DNA of 54,943 nucleotides. Origin: a virus (Duplodnaviria; Caudoviricetes). A program made the translations under genes and the position numbers. Positions 27,232 through 36,347 of this stretch are shown here, piece by piece (position 1 is the stretch's first letter; each line of letters begins with the position of its first letter). Below the pieces are notes generated by a model. That model worked only from the letters and a program-made list of their open reading frames with translations, did not search any database and had not been told where the DNA came from. The stretch lies in IMG/VR virus record IMGVR_UViG_3300037755_000870, positions 1 to 54,943 of that record. One strand, 5' to 3'.

Positions 27232-28942
27232 TCCTGGTCGCCTCGTAGAAGTCCTCATGGAGCCGCCAGCCGTCGGCGATCTCCAGACCGCGGAGGTTCG
27301 CCATGCCGGCGGAGATCGTCGAGGCGTCCGGCGAGTAGCCAGTCGCCTCGGCCATCTCGTCGTGCGTGACCGGGTCCGGATAGGCGTCGAGGAGGACGTC
27401 GAGGAACTTGCGCTCGCGGGCGCCGAGCCGGCCGCGCCAGTAGGCCAGGAGAGCGGCGCCTTGCGGGAGCGGCAGCAGATCGGAGCCGAGCGCCTGGACC
27501 CCCTCGCGGGTCGCTCGGACCGGATCGCCGGACGCCTCGACGTACCCGGCCTTGCGGAGCGCGGCGAGACCCGCGGAGATCGTCGACGCCTTCGGGGAGT
27601 AGCCGGTCAGCATGGCGATCTGCCGGTGCGACCGGCCTTGCGGGTACTGGGCGAGGACCTGGAGGATCGACCGCTCGCGCTTGCCGATCCGAACGTCCTC
27701 GCCGGTGTCCGTTCTCGCGGGTGCTCTGACCTGCCGGTTCTCCGGTTTCGGCGCCGGTTCTGTCCTCTGTGGTGCCCGCTCTCGAACCGATCCAGGACCG
27801 GTCCCGTCGCGGCCGTCGACGATCGCTCGGGCCATGCCGAGGTTCTCGGCGAGGACGTCCATCGACGCGACCAGGTCCGTGCCGAACTGCCGGACCTTGT
27901 CGACCTGGTCGACGAACATCTCGACGAGCTTCTCGTCGAGGAGCGGGACCTCGACGATCTCGATCTGCGGCTCCGGGTTCGGCCGGTCGGCGAGATCTCG
28001 TTCGAGGACAGCGATCCGCTTCCGAAGCTCCTTCGGGTCGTCGGCCTTCGCTCGCTCGATCGTCTCCGCCATCTGCTCCTTGATCGCCGCCGTGTCGACG
28101 TCGGCGATCGTCGCGACCCGGCGCGCCTCGCCGAGTTCCGGGGTCGAGCCGGAGTCGAACGTCCGCCGCTGCCGGAACTGGGTCCGCTGCATCAGGTCGA
28201 ACGGCGTCGCCCATATCCAGCCGTCGCCAGGTTTCAGAGTCGGGAGCGAGGCGACGAGTTCCTCGCCGGCGTCGTGCTCGGTCACCCACGCGTCGATCGC
28301 CTTCCGGTCCTGCGGTCCGGTCGTCCACAGAGCGATCAGGATCGAGGTCTGCGTCAGCACGTCCTTATGGATCCGCGCCGATCGCTGCGAGCAGACCGAG
28401 GAGCCGAGACCGAACGATCGGCCCTGGAGGACGATCTTCGACGCGGCCTCTTTGAGCTTGCCGTCCTCGCGGCCCATCTGCTGCGGGATGAACTCGTGCG
28501 CCTCCTCCATGAAAACGTGCCGTGCCTGCGGGTCGATCCGGTGTCGGCGGAACAGTTGGTCGCAGAACCCGACGAGGAACCGGGCGCGCTCGCCTTTCGA
28601 GAAGTCCGAGACGTCGAGCACCGCGGTGAGGTTCTCGTCGACCAGGAGGTCGGCGACGAGCGAGCCGGCGCCGGCCTCGATCGGAACGTCGCCGTGGAGT
28701 CCGCCGAATACCGGGATCGGCAGACCCGGTCCTGTGCCGTCGCGGTCGGAGCGGATCCCCCACCAGTCGCCCTTTGGGTCGACCGCGATCCAGGGGACCC
28801 CAACGTCGAACATCTCCTCGGCGAGTACGACCGCGACGTTCGACTTGCCGGCGCCGCGTCGACCGAGGATCGCGATCGACTCGGTCACGACCTGCATCGG
28901 CAGTTCGAGATCGCTCGCCGGCCGGAGTACCGGCGCGGCCAT
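27227..28942 (-). CDS. HerA/FtsK-like (DUF87) ATPase with two C-terminal winged-helix repeats
   Basis: GRRGAGKS, VDPKGDW, MEEAHEF, QGRSFG, SQR; duplicated TGYSPxASTISAG. Confidence 0.85.
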   Translation of the reverse strand: MAAPVLRPASDLELPMQVVTESIAILGRRGAGKSNVAVVLAEEMFDVGVPWIAVDPKGDWWGIRSDRDGTGPGLPIPVFGGLHGDVPIEAGAGSLVADLLVDENLTAVLDVSDFSKGERARFLVGFCDQLFRRHRIDPQARHVFMEEAHEFIPQQMGREDGKLKEAASKIVLQGRSFGLGSSVCSQRSARIHKDVLTQTSILIALWTTGPQDRKAIDAWVTEHDAGEELVASLPTLKPGDGWIWATPFDLMQRTQFRQRRTFDSGSTPELGEARRVATIADVDTAAIKEQMAETIERAKADDPKELRKRIAVLERDLADRPNPEPQIEIVEVPLLDEKLVEMFVDQVDKVRQFGTDLVASMDVLAENLGMARAIVDGRDGTGPGSVRERAPQRTEPAPKPENRQVRAPARTDTGEDVRIGKRERSILQVLAQYPQGRSHRQIAMLTGYSPKASTISAGLAALRKAGYVEASGDPVRATREGVQALGSDLLPLPQGAALLAYWRGRLGARERKFLDVLLDAYPDPVTHDEMAEATGYSPDASTISAGMANLRGLEIADGWRLHEDFYEATRT

Positions 28943-29211
28943 CAGCCGACGACCCGGACGAGCGGCCGTAGCGTCCCGGCTCGGCCCTCGTCCCAGGTCA
29001 GGAGGTCGAGGTTCCGGAGATGGTGCAACTGCTCGTGCGTCGTACCGGTCGAGGCGTGTCCGGCCTCCTCGCCGACCGACCGGACCGTCGCTCTCCCGTC
29101 GCGCTGGTGGACGGATAGGAGAGCGACGAGCGTCCGGGTCGCCGCCGACGAGACCGCGCCAGGCGGAACCGATCGGCCAGTGAGCTTGTCGCGCCGACGC
29201 GCCGCGCTCAT
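28942..29211 (-). CDS. LexA-type DNA-binding domain protein (no peptidase domain)
   Basis: TVRSVGEEAGHASTGTTHEQLHHL...GTLR resembles the LexA N-terminal wHTH. Confidence 0.65.
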   Translation of the reverse strand: MSAARRRDKLTGRSVPPGAVSSAATRTLVALLSVHQRDGRATVRSVGEEAGHASTGTTHEQLHHLRNLDLLTWDEGRAGTLRPLVRVVG

Positions 29212-29462
29212 CGCTTCGCCTTCCGGATCGCCTGGATGACGGCCTCCTCGGTCGAGTGCGCGAACACGGCGAGGATCCGGTGCTTCACCGGCGGCTTACG
29301 CTCCCGGAGAGCGAGGAAGATCTCCGACCGGCGCTCGTACTTCTCGTCGACGCCGTCGAGGTAGTTCGCGATCCCGTCGAGTTCGCCGAGCAACGCTCGG
29401 GTCTCCTCGTCGAACTCCTCGACCTCGCCGGCGGTCGCCTGGTCGACGTCGACATCTGTCAC
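29208..29462 (-). CDS. Hypothetical protein
   Basis: Coupled ORF. Confidence 0.6.
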   Translation of the reverse strand: MTDVDVDQATAGEVEEFDEETRALLGELDGIANYLDGVDEKYERRSEIFLALRERKPPVKHRILAVFAHSTEEAVIQAIRKAKR

Positions 29463-29980
29463 GAGGTCGCCTCCTCATCGTCGGGATCCGGTCCGATACG
29501 ACCGGCGATCGGTGCCGGGTCGCCGGCCTCCTCCGCGGCCGCGGCCGCTTCCTCCTCGCAGTCCGGGCAGCCCGGAACGAGACCGGCGGCGTGCTTGCCT
29601 TCGGCGTGATCCTCGCCGAGCGCCTCGCGCTCGTCGTCGGTCGGGAGCCGCGAGATCCCCTCGGCCTGCTCCTTGGCCCGTGCGATCCGCTCGGTCTGCG
29701 CGGCGACGTGGTCGGCGACAAGCTCGGCGTCGGCGAACGTCGCCTCCTCCGCGTTGAACACATGGACCCGGTTCTGGTCGCCGGATGGATCGGCCTTGTC
29801 GATCGGCTCGAAACGGACCTTCTGCACCACGCATTTGAGGACGATGTAGATCTCCTCGCCCTGGTGGAACTCCTGCGGGTCGATCTTCATCGCGTCCCGG
29901 AGACCGCCGGCGGCGTTCGGGATCTCGATCGAGGCACGTCGGACGTCCATCCCCTCGAACTGGGTCAGCGTCTCGGTCAT
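29459..29980 (-). CDS. Hypothetical protein, 173 aa
   Basis: Clean ORF downstream of motif 30023-30038. Confidence 0.7.
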   Translation of the reverse strand: MTETLTQFEGMDVRRASIEIPNAAGGLRDAMKIDPQEFHQGEEIYIVLKCVVQKVRFEPIDKADPSGDQNRVHVFNAEEATFADAELVADHVAAQTERIARAKEQAEGISRLPTDDEREALGEDHAEGKHAAGLVPGCPDCEEEAAAAAEEAGDPAPIAGRIGPDPDDEEATS

Positions 29981-30038
29981 GGGTTGCTCGTTTCTGTCGG
30001 TGTGGGTAGGGATCAGTCTGGACCTTAGCGCGCTCTCC

Positions 30039-30437
30039 CTAAGCGGAGTTGGGTCGAGCGTTCGCAGCGCCTTCGAGGAGGAGCGTCTCGACGTGCGGCC
30101 AGTCCGACGGGCGGACGACGTACGCCTCGACCCCGGCGACCGATTGGAGGAGCCGGATCCACTCCTTCTGCGCCTCCTTGACCTCCGACGGAGGAGCCGC
30201 CTCGCGTTTGACCTCGAACACGATCAGCGTCCCAGGACAGAGGAGCCAGAGATCCGGGAACCCGGCGTGCGAGGTCGGAGTGATGAACCGACCGCCGGCG
30301 ACGGTCGCCTTGTTGACGTGGTTACAGAGGTAGCCGAGCTTCTTCGCCCGCTGCTCGATCCGCCGCTGGTACTCGCGCTCGGTCAGCTTCGCGAGGACCG
30401 GGTCGATCCTCCTGCGCCGCCGCTTCGTATCAGCCAC
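30039..30437 (-). CDS. VRR-NUC domain (PD-(D/E)xK) nuclease
   Basis: GFPDL...FEVK...QKEW...VVRP. Confidence 0.85.
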   Translation of the reverse strand: MADTKRRRRRIDPVLAKLTEREYQRRIEQRAKKLGYLCNHVNKATVAGGRFITPTSHAGFPDLWLLCPGTLIVFEVKREAAPPSEVKEAQKEWIRLLQSVAGVEAYVVRPSDWPHVETLLLEGAANARPNSA

Positions 30438-30864
30438 GGCCGAGCGCCTCGTACTCCTCGTCGCCGCGGCGGACCACGAGACCGAGCGAGCGTCCGAGAG
30501 CCGCGAGGTCGGCGTCGGATTCGAGCCGGTCGTTGTGACCGGCGCAGAGACACGCCCCGTTCTCCTCCGTGTAGGCGCCGCCCTGCCCGTCCTTGCGCCG
30601 GTGGTGGAACGTCGGCCCGCCGAAGCAGTCGCCGGCGCCGGGGACGTAGGCGAGGAGGCAGCCGCGGTCGCGCGCGTAGACCGCCAGCCGGACCTCCTTC
30701 CTGCGCGCGCGCTCGTCCGCCGGGAGCGGTTTCGCTCGGAGCCGCGAGGACGACGAGATCGGATCCCCGCGGTCGATTCCCTTCGAGCGGTCGAGTGGCT
30801 TCGATCGCTGCTGCCAGGCGCGGATCTTCTCCGGCGAGGACCGGTTGAGCGACGAGTACGTCAT
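30430..30864 (-). CDS. HNH endonuclease
   Basis: RDRGC...HHRR...GG...NGACLCAGHN. Confidence 0.75.
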   Translation of the reverse strand: MTYSSLNRSSPEKIRAWQQRSKPLDRSKGIDRGDPISSSSRLRAKPLPADERARRKEVRLAVYARDRGCLLAYVPGAGDCFGGPTFHHRRKDGQGGAYTEENGACLCAGHNDRLESDADLAALGRSLGLVVRRGDEEYEALGRG

Positions 30865-31472
30865 GCCGGGTACTCGTCCCAGGTGCGGCCGTCGAGGACC
30901 CGGCCGGCAGCCTTCTTGCCGACCCGGACCACGGCCTCGTCGTCGACGCGGTCCCATCGTCGCTGCGCCTCCGGGAGATCCAGGAGTTCTCGATCGACGA
31001 GCGGGAGCCATTCCCCCCACTGCTTGAACGAGAACGCGACGCCGGCGTCGACGCAGCGGTCGCGGAGATCTCGGACCCAGGCGGACGCCATCGGTCGAGC
31101 GCCAGGTCCGGACTCGCCGCCGGCGATCACCCAGTCGATACCGGTCAGGTCGAGGTCTGGGAGCGGTCCGAGGAGCGGCTCGCAGGACAGGAACCGGACC
31201 ATCGCCGGCGTCTCGCGGAGATGGTCGGCGCGGAACGCGTACCGGTTCGACTCGATCGAGGTACCGAGCCAGATGTTTTCGAGGACCGTTTCGCGGAGCG
31301 CCGGTGCGAGGAACGCCGAGACCCATGCCGCCATGCGCTGCGGTCGCTTCGTCAGGATCTGGAACTGGTGCTCGGTCTGGAGCATCACGTCGAACACTCG
31401 CTCGATGTACTCGTGCGTGCAGCCGACGAGCGGGTTCCAGGTCTCGTCGGTCCATTCGATCTTCGTGCCCAT
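30861..31472 (-). CDS. DUF5131 / Gp37-Gp68 family protein, apparently with an internal deletion
   Basis: TKIEWTDETWNP, QILTKRP, FLSCEPLLG, WVIAGGESG, KQWG, GRVLDGRTWDEYP. Confidence 0.85.
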   Translation of the reverse strand: MGTKIEWTDETWNPLVGCTHEYIERVFDVMLQTEHQFQILTKRPQRMAAWVSAFLAPALRETVLENIWLGTSIESNRYAFRADHLRETPAMVRFLSCEPLLGPLPDLDLTGIDWVIAGGESGPGARPMASAWVRDLRDRCVDAGVAFSFKQWGEWLPLVDRELLDLPEAQRRWDRVDDEAVVRVGKKAAGRVLDGRTWDEYPA

Positions 31473-32248
31473 CAGAACAGCGCCCCCTCGTTGGTCTCTG
31501 GCATCCGGAGCACGAGGAGGCGTTCGCCCTCGACCCGTGCGTCGCCGTTCTCGCCGAATCCCATCCGCGGGGTCGGGACGTTCACGACCTGCTCGATCCG
31601 GGCGCCGGCGTGGAGCCAGTCGTTGGCGTGCCACTCGACGACCCGCTGCTCGATCTGGAGTCGCTCGCCGTTCTGGACGCGGGTCCGGAAGTGGTTCGAG
31701 ATGTTGATCACCGCGAGTCCGGCGAGGACCCGCGGTCGGCCGTCCTTCCCCGGCGTTCCGTGCCGGCCCGGTCGGAGGACCCGGCGCGCCTCGTCCCACG
31801 CTCTCGTGTGGAACGTCCGATAGGTCGGCCCCCACTGCATCACCGCGGCCGACCCCTCGCTCGGCATCCGGCCGAGCTTGTGCCGGTAGGTGATCCGCGA
31901 GGAGTCGTCCGTCGCCTCGTGGTGGTCGGCCATTCGGTTGCCGTAGCAGCAGGAGGTCACGACGAGGTCGAACGCTCCGGTCCAGTCCTCCGGGAGATCC
32001 GTCGCGTCGCCGACGATGCACTGCTCGTCGGACGCGGCCCACTCGGGTTCGAGTTCGACGCCGGCGAGGAGCGACACGTCGTCGCCGAGCGCCTCGCGGA
32101 GATCCGGCAGACCAGGTCCGGCGAACGGATCGAGCACCGAGACCGGCCGGTCCAGCCGGGTCGCCTCGTCCATCACGACTTGTGCGATCTCCATCAGGAC
32201 CGCCGGCGTCCACTTCGCCGGGTGCGGCGGGATCTCGACATCGGTCAC
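31472..32248 (-). CDS. DNA methyltransferase-like protein
   Basis: HPAK, VLDPFAGPG, GVELE, GDA, DLVVTSCCY, RVLRPG. Confidence 0.75.
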   Translation of the reverse strand: MTDVEIPPHPAKWTPAVLMEIAQVVMDEATRLDRPVSVLDPFAGPGLPDLREALGDDVSLLAGVELEPEWAASDEQCIVGDATDLPEDWTGAFDLVVTSCCYGNRMADHHEATDDSSRITYRHKLGRMPSEGSAAVMQWGPTYRTFHTRAWDEARRVLRPGRHGTPGKDGRPRVLAGLAVINISNHFRTRVQNGERLQIEQRVVEWHANDWLHAGARIEQVVNVPTPRMGFGENGDARVEGERLLVLRMPETNEGALF

Positions 32249-32682
32249 TGGAGGTCCTTCCGGTCGTCGTAGATGTCGAGCGGCGGTTGCTCGCCGATCG
32301 ACTCGTCGTTCTCGATCGGCGTCGTCCTCGCCGGTCGTTCGTTCATGGCGGAGCGCCGCCGCGTCGACGACCTCGCCGGCGACGCGCACTCCTCGCAGGC
32401 GCGGCGGTCGTGGTCCGGGAGCCAGTGTCGGCCGGCCCACCGGTGGAACGCCTCGACGTTGCAGTGCTTGCACGGATAGACCGTCGAGGCTGCGGAGGTC
32501 CGGCGGATCCGGCAGGTCTCGACGGCGATCTCGTACGCCGCGAGCGCCTCCTCGGTCTCCTCCTCCGGTTTCGCCGGCCACGGGGCGACGCCGTCGACGT
32601 ACGCCTCGGTCACGAGGACCCAGCCGTCGCCGGCGCATCGTCCGCCCTGCGGGCATCTGGTCTCGACCTCGGTCATGGTCAT
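32245..32682 (-). CDS. Cys-rich hypothetical protein
   Basis: After motif and CCCATCCCAAGGAG. Confidence 0.65.
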   Translation of the reverse strand: MTMTEVETRCPQGGRCAGDGWVLVTEAYVDGVAPWPAKPEEETEEALAAYEIAVETCRIRRTSAASTVYPCKHCNVEAFHRWAGRHWLPDHDRRACEECASPARSSTRRRSAMNERPARTTPIENDESIGEQPPLDIYDDRKDLQ

Positions 32683-32712
32683 GGTTTCCTCCTTGGGATG
32701 GGTCGACCGCGA

Positions 32713-32728
32713 GGTTAGCGCGGTTAGG
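32713..32728 (-). promoter_or_regulatory. Motif copy with TAACCT -10
   Basis: GGTTAGCGCGGTTAGG. Confidence 0.8.
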
Positions 32729-33401
32729 TCCGGCGTCGGTCGGAGCCGGTGAACCGGATCACGACAGCGCCGTCGAGGAGCCGAGAGAACGCTCGCGCGC
32801 CGATCCGGGTTTCGAGGTCCGACGGTGCGAGGTTCGTCGTAACGACCGTCGGGAGTTCGTCCATCCACCGGCGGTTGATGACCGAGTCGAGCCGCTCGAC
32901 CGTCCAGTCCGACGGCCGCTCGATCCCGACGTCGTCGAGGATCAGCCGGTCGAGGTCCGCAACGTCGTCGACCCGGACGGTCTCGTCTCCTGGTCGCATC
33001 GCGTCGAGGAGGTCCGCGGTCGGCCAGAACGCGACGTCGAGTCCTCGGTCGTGAGACGGCCGGCAAGCGGCGACCGCGGCTCTGGACTTCCCGACCCCGA
33101 CCGGGCCGAACAGGACGAGGTTCCGGCCTCGTGGTCCGTTCACCCAGGCGGAGAGATCTCGGCGAGCCGGACCGTCGAAGTCGACGACCGCCGCGGCGTG
33201 GAACCGGCGCGGCATCCGTCGCTGCCAGAGCGCCTCCCGCGCCTCCTCCAGAGATCGGCGGCGAGCATCGGCGAACTCGTCGTCCTCGATCTCCGCGCCG
33301 TCGCGGATCGAGAGGATCCGAGCGGTCGTCTCCGCTCGTTGCTCCTCGACGTCCGGTAGGAGATCTCCGATCCTCGCGAGTCGGTCATCGAACTGGCCCA
33401 T
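32724..33401 (-). CDS. DnaC/IstB-like AAA+ helicase loader
   Basis: GPVGVGKS, LILDDVG, VTTN, SRL, GSDRR; follows the initiator. Confidence 0.9.
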   Translation of the reverse strand: MGQFDDRLARIGDLLPDVEEQRAETTARILSIRDGAEIEDDEFADARRRSLEEAREALWQRRMPRRFHAAAVVDFDGPARRDLSAWVNGPRGRNLVLFGPVGVGKSRAAVAACRPSHDRGLDVAFWPTADLLDAMRPGDETVRVDDVADLDRLILDDVGIERPSDWTVERLDSVINRRWMDELPTVVTTNLAPSDLETRIGARAFSRLLDGAVVIRFTGSDRRRT

Positions 33402-34323
33402 GCGGGTCCTCCTCTGCTGGGACGAGTTCGCCCCGGTCGTTGAACACGAGCCGGCCCTCGTAGCCGTCTCGGTCGTGGTCGATCGTCTGCGCCGACCTCG
33501 TCGGCGTCCCGTTCCGCGGTGGTAGCGGCTCGTCGGTCCAGCCCTCGCGGTTGAGCCAGGTCGCCGGATGCGGCACGTAGGTCGCCGGCGGGAGGTTCGG
33601 ATCCGCCGCGTAGCGTTCCGCGGCCTCGACGATCGTCGCCGGCGTCGCCTTCCGGATCGCCTTTGCCCACGCCTTCCGAGCGTCGCCCTTCCCGGCTCGC
33701 CGCGGGTACGCGGACCAGAACCGGTCGAACTCGACCGCGCCGGTGATCGAGCCGATCTCCCGCGCCGACCGTTGCGACTCGACGATCTCGTCGACGACCG
33801 CCGAGAGCGGAGGATCGAACAGCGACGCGCGTTCTCTCGTTCCCTGGCTCTCGTTCTCTTGCTCTCTTTCATCGCGCGCAGGAACGCGGACGTCCGCGTT
33901 CTCCTGCGCGGAGGGTCCGCGTTCTCCTGCGCGGACCCCGCGCACATGCGCGCGCGAGGTCCGAACGTGGAACCCGTCCGAGGTCCGCTCCCAGCCGGCC
34001 GCACCGGCGACCGCGGGATCCCGTGAGATCCTCTGCCCGTCGGTCCAGCGCGGGACCCGCTCGATCCAGCCGGCGGTCTCTAGTTCGACGACCGGACGCT
34101 GGACCGAGCGTTTCGAGCAGCCGATCAGTTCGGCGATCCGGGCGTGCGACGGGAAGCAGGACGACGGGTCCAGCCCGTGTCGCATCAACGCGCCGTAGAC
34201 CCGGACGGCCTTGTCGCTCAGATCCTGGTCGTAGAGGACGGCCTGCGGGATCGGCGCCCAGTGAACCTCGGTCGTCGTATGGTGGTCGTTCCCGTCAGAG
34301 GGGTCCGATATGGTGTCGCCCAA
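33385..34323 (-). CDS. Phage replication initiator (N-terminal HTH)
   Basis: CFPSHARIAELIGCS HTH; FDRFWSAYPRR and HPATWLN C-terminal domain; start codon uncertain. Confidence 0.85.
   Translation of the reverse strand: MGDTISDPSDGNDHHTTTEVHWAPIPQAVLYDQDLSDKAVRVYGALMRHGLDPSSCFPSHARIAELIGCSKRSVQRPVVELETAGWIERVPRWTDGQRISRDPAVAGAAGWERTSDGFHVRTSRAHVRGVRAGERGPSAQENADVRVPARDEREQENESQGTRERASLFDPPLSAVVDEIVESQRSAREIGSITGAVEFDRFWSAYPRRAGKGDARKAWAKAIRKATPATIVEAAERYAADPNLPPATYVPHPATWLNREGWTDEPLPPRNGTPTRSAQTIDHDRDGYEGRLVFNDRGELVPAEEDPHGPVR
33875..33935. repeat. Iteron-like repeats inside initiator gene (candidate ori)
   Basis: gtccgcgttctcctgcgcgga at 33892-33912 and 33915-33935; inverted near-copy at 33875-33891. 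Confidence 0.7.
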
Positions 34324-34425
34324 GGCGACCTCCTCGCGTTCGGTTCGGTTGGTCTGGTCGTCAGCGCCCCCGGTTCCCCGCCGGGGGCGCCATCGTTTTC
34401 ACGACGTCTCGGAGAGTACCGCTCG

Positions 34426-36045
34426 TCAGTCGCCGGCGCCGTCGAGCGTCCCCTGCTCGCCGTCCGAGGTCTCCTCCGCCACAGCCTCTGTGTCGCCGTC
34501 TGCGGTTTCCCCCTCGTCCTCATCCGTCTCGGCGTCCTCCGGCTGCGAGAGCGACGAGGAGCCGGCGATCCGCTCCTCGTAGCGTGCTTGCGCCAGCCGC
34601 TGTCGCTTCGACTGCTCGTTCCCCCGGACGGTCAGGTCCCGATGTCCGAGTTCGTCGATCACGTCGGCGAGCGGCATCGCCCGGACGGCGTCGACGATCT
34701 CGTCGACGATCGGATCGCCGGTCGAGGACGGCGCCCCCTCGGCCTCGACGGTCTCCTCGGTCGCCGGCTCCTCGTCCGGGACCGTCTCCGGTGCCGGCGT
34801 CGGGACGTCCGGGACCGCCTCCTCGCCTTCGACCTCGCCGTCGTCCTCCGGGTCGACCCACAGAGCGAACGCGCCTTTCTTCGCCTGCGCCTCGACCGAC
34901 GCGATCGCGGTCTCGGCGATCTGGACGTGCCGTTCGCGGAGCTTGGGCAGCGGTGGGAGCCGCGGGTGCCCGTCGACCTCGGCGGTCCAGATGTTCCGGA
35001 GCGCGGCCGACGCCTCCTCGTTCGCCTTGATCGGAGCGATCCGCTTCTCGAACGCCGCGATGACCTCCGGGTCCGCTGGCCGGTTCTCCGTCACCCGCTG
35101 CTGTTCGATCTCCGCCGGCTCGTACCCCGGAGGCAGTTCCGCGGTCGCCGGGTCGATCGGCCGGCCGTCGGCGTCGACGACCGATCCGAGTTCCTCCGCG
35201 GTGTAGAGACCGAGACCGGCCTCCGGGAAGTAGTCATCGGCGGCGAACCCGCTCGCTCGCCACCACATCATCCGCTTCGGGTAGCTCTTGTAACCGGAGT
35301 TGCACGACTTCCCGCGGACCCAGTTCTGGCAGTTCGCCGTGTGGACGCCAGGCTCGCAGTCCGGCGAGGCGAGACCGGCCATCTGCGCGTCCTCCCAGGA
35401 GAACTCGTAGTCGCCGATCTGATCTCGGCAGTTGCAGCCGAGCGTCGGATCGGCCTCGTCTCGCCAGTGGTTCGGCCAGGTCCGCTTGCACCGGGGGTCG
35501 AGCCGGCCGTCCGGTCCGAGGACGACCGCGATGCAGAGTCGATCCGTCTTGACCGCCGGGACGATCGAGCCGAGACCGAGGCGCCGGATCTGCCCGTTCA
35601 GCAACTGCGGCGAGAGCGACAACTGCGGCGGGTTCCCTCGCGAGCCGGGGATCACGTCGATCAGTTCGAGCGCGGCCGACGGCGAGATCTGGAGGTCGCG
35701 GCCGATCATCGCGATGTGGAACGCCAGGTGCGGATCGTTCTGGACCTCCTTCGGTGCCGCGGCGGACATGCAGAGGATCCGTGCCTGAGCGGCGAGCGAG
35801 AGGAACTCGTCGCGGCCGGGGATGCCGGGGTTCTCCATCGCGTGCTCGGCGGCGCGTTCGATCGCCGAGCGCATGTCCTCCGGCTCCTGGTCGCGGACGA
35901 CGAGTTCGCCGGACTCGACCTCGACGTCCTCGACCTCCGGGTCGCTCGCCTCGTCCTCGTGGACGACCGCGTCGACGGTCTCGTCGTCCTCGCCTGGTGG
36001 GTCCTCGACGTCGACGTCGTCGACGAACGTGGTGTGTTCGGTCAT
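34426..36045 (-). CDS. RecT/Redbeta-like single-strand annealing protein with SAP-like C-terminus
   Basis: FSWEDAQMAGL, YPKRMMWWRA, FPEAGLGLYTAEEL. Confidence 0.75.
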   Translation of the reverse strand: MTEHTTFVDDVDVEDPPGEDDETVDAVVHEDEASDPEVEDVEVESGELVVRDQEPEDMRSAIERAAEHAMENPGIPGRDEFLSLAAQARILCMSAAAPKEVQNDPHLAFHIAMIGRDLQISPSAALELIDVIPGSRGNPPQLSLSPQLLNGQIRRLGLGSIVPAVKTDRLCIAVVLGPDGRLDPRCKRTWPNHWRDEADPTLGCNCRDQIGDYEFSWEDAQMAGLASPDCEPGVHTANCQNWVRGKSCNSGYKSYPKRMMWWRASGFAADDYFPEAGLGLYTAEELGSVVDADGRPIDPATAELPPGYEPAEIEQQRVTENRPADPEVIAAFEKRIAPIKANEEASAALRNIWTAEVDGHPRLPPLPKLRERHVQIAETAIASVEAQAKKGAFALWVDPEDDGEVEGEEAVPDVPTPAPETVPDEEPATEETVEAEGAPSSTGDPIVDEIVDAVRAMPLADVIDELGHRDLTVRGNEQSKRQRLAQARYEERIAGSSSLSQPEDAETDEDEGETADGDTEAVAEETSDGEQGTLDGAGD

Positions 36046-36070
36046 CTGGTTCTCCTTGGGATGGGTCATG

Positions 36071-36086
36071 GGTTACCGCGCTTAGG
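36071..36086 (-). promoter_or_regulatory. Motif copy (variant)
   Basis: GGTTACCGCGCTTAGG, followed on the minus strand by CCCATCCCAAGGAG. Confidence 0.7.
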
Positions 36087-36347
36087 TTACTTGCGGGGTC
36101 GGACAGTCTCGGACCGATCGACGATCCGGAACGTCGGGGTCTCGTAGCGGCCGGCCTGGAGTCGCCGCTCGTAGGCGGCGACTCGGCGCCGCTCATCGTC
36201 CTCGCGCTCGATCCGCGCCCAACGGAGGCAGTAGAGAGCGCCGAGACCGCCTAGGACGACGGTCCAGATCTCGTTCCGGAGGACGCCGAGCAGGATCAGA
36301 GCGATCGCCGCGCCGGCGCAGATCCGGTACGTCGTGAGGTTCCTCAC
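36087..36347 (-). CDS. Small two-TM membrane protein
   Basis: Two hydrophobic segments; GTGA coupling. Confidence 0.6.
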   Translation of the reverse strand: MRNLTTYRICAGAAIALILLGVLRNEIWTVVLGGLGALYCLRWARIEREDDERRRVAAYERRLQAGRYETPTFRIVDRSETVRPRK

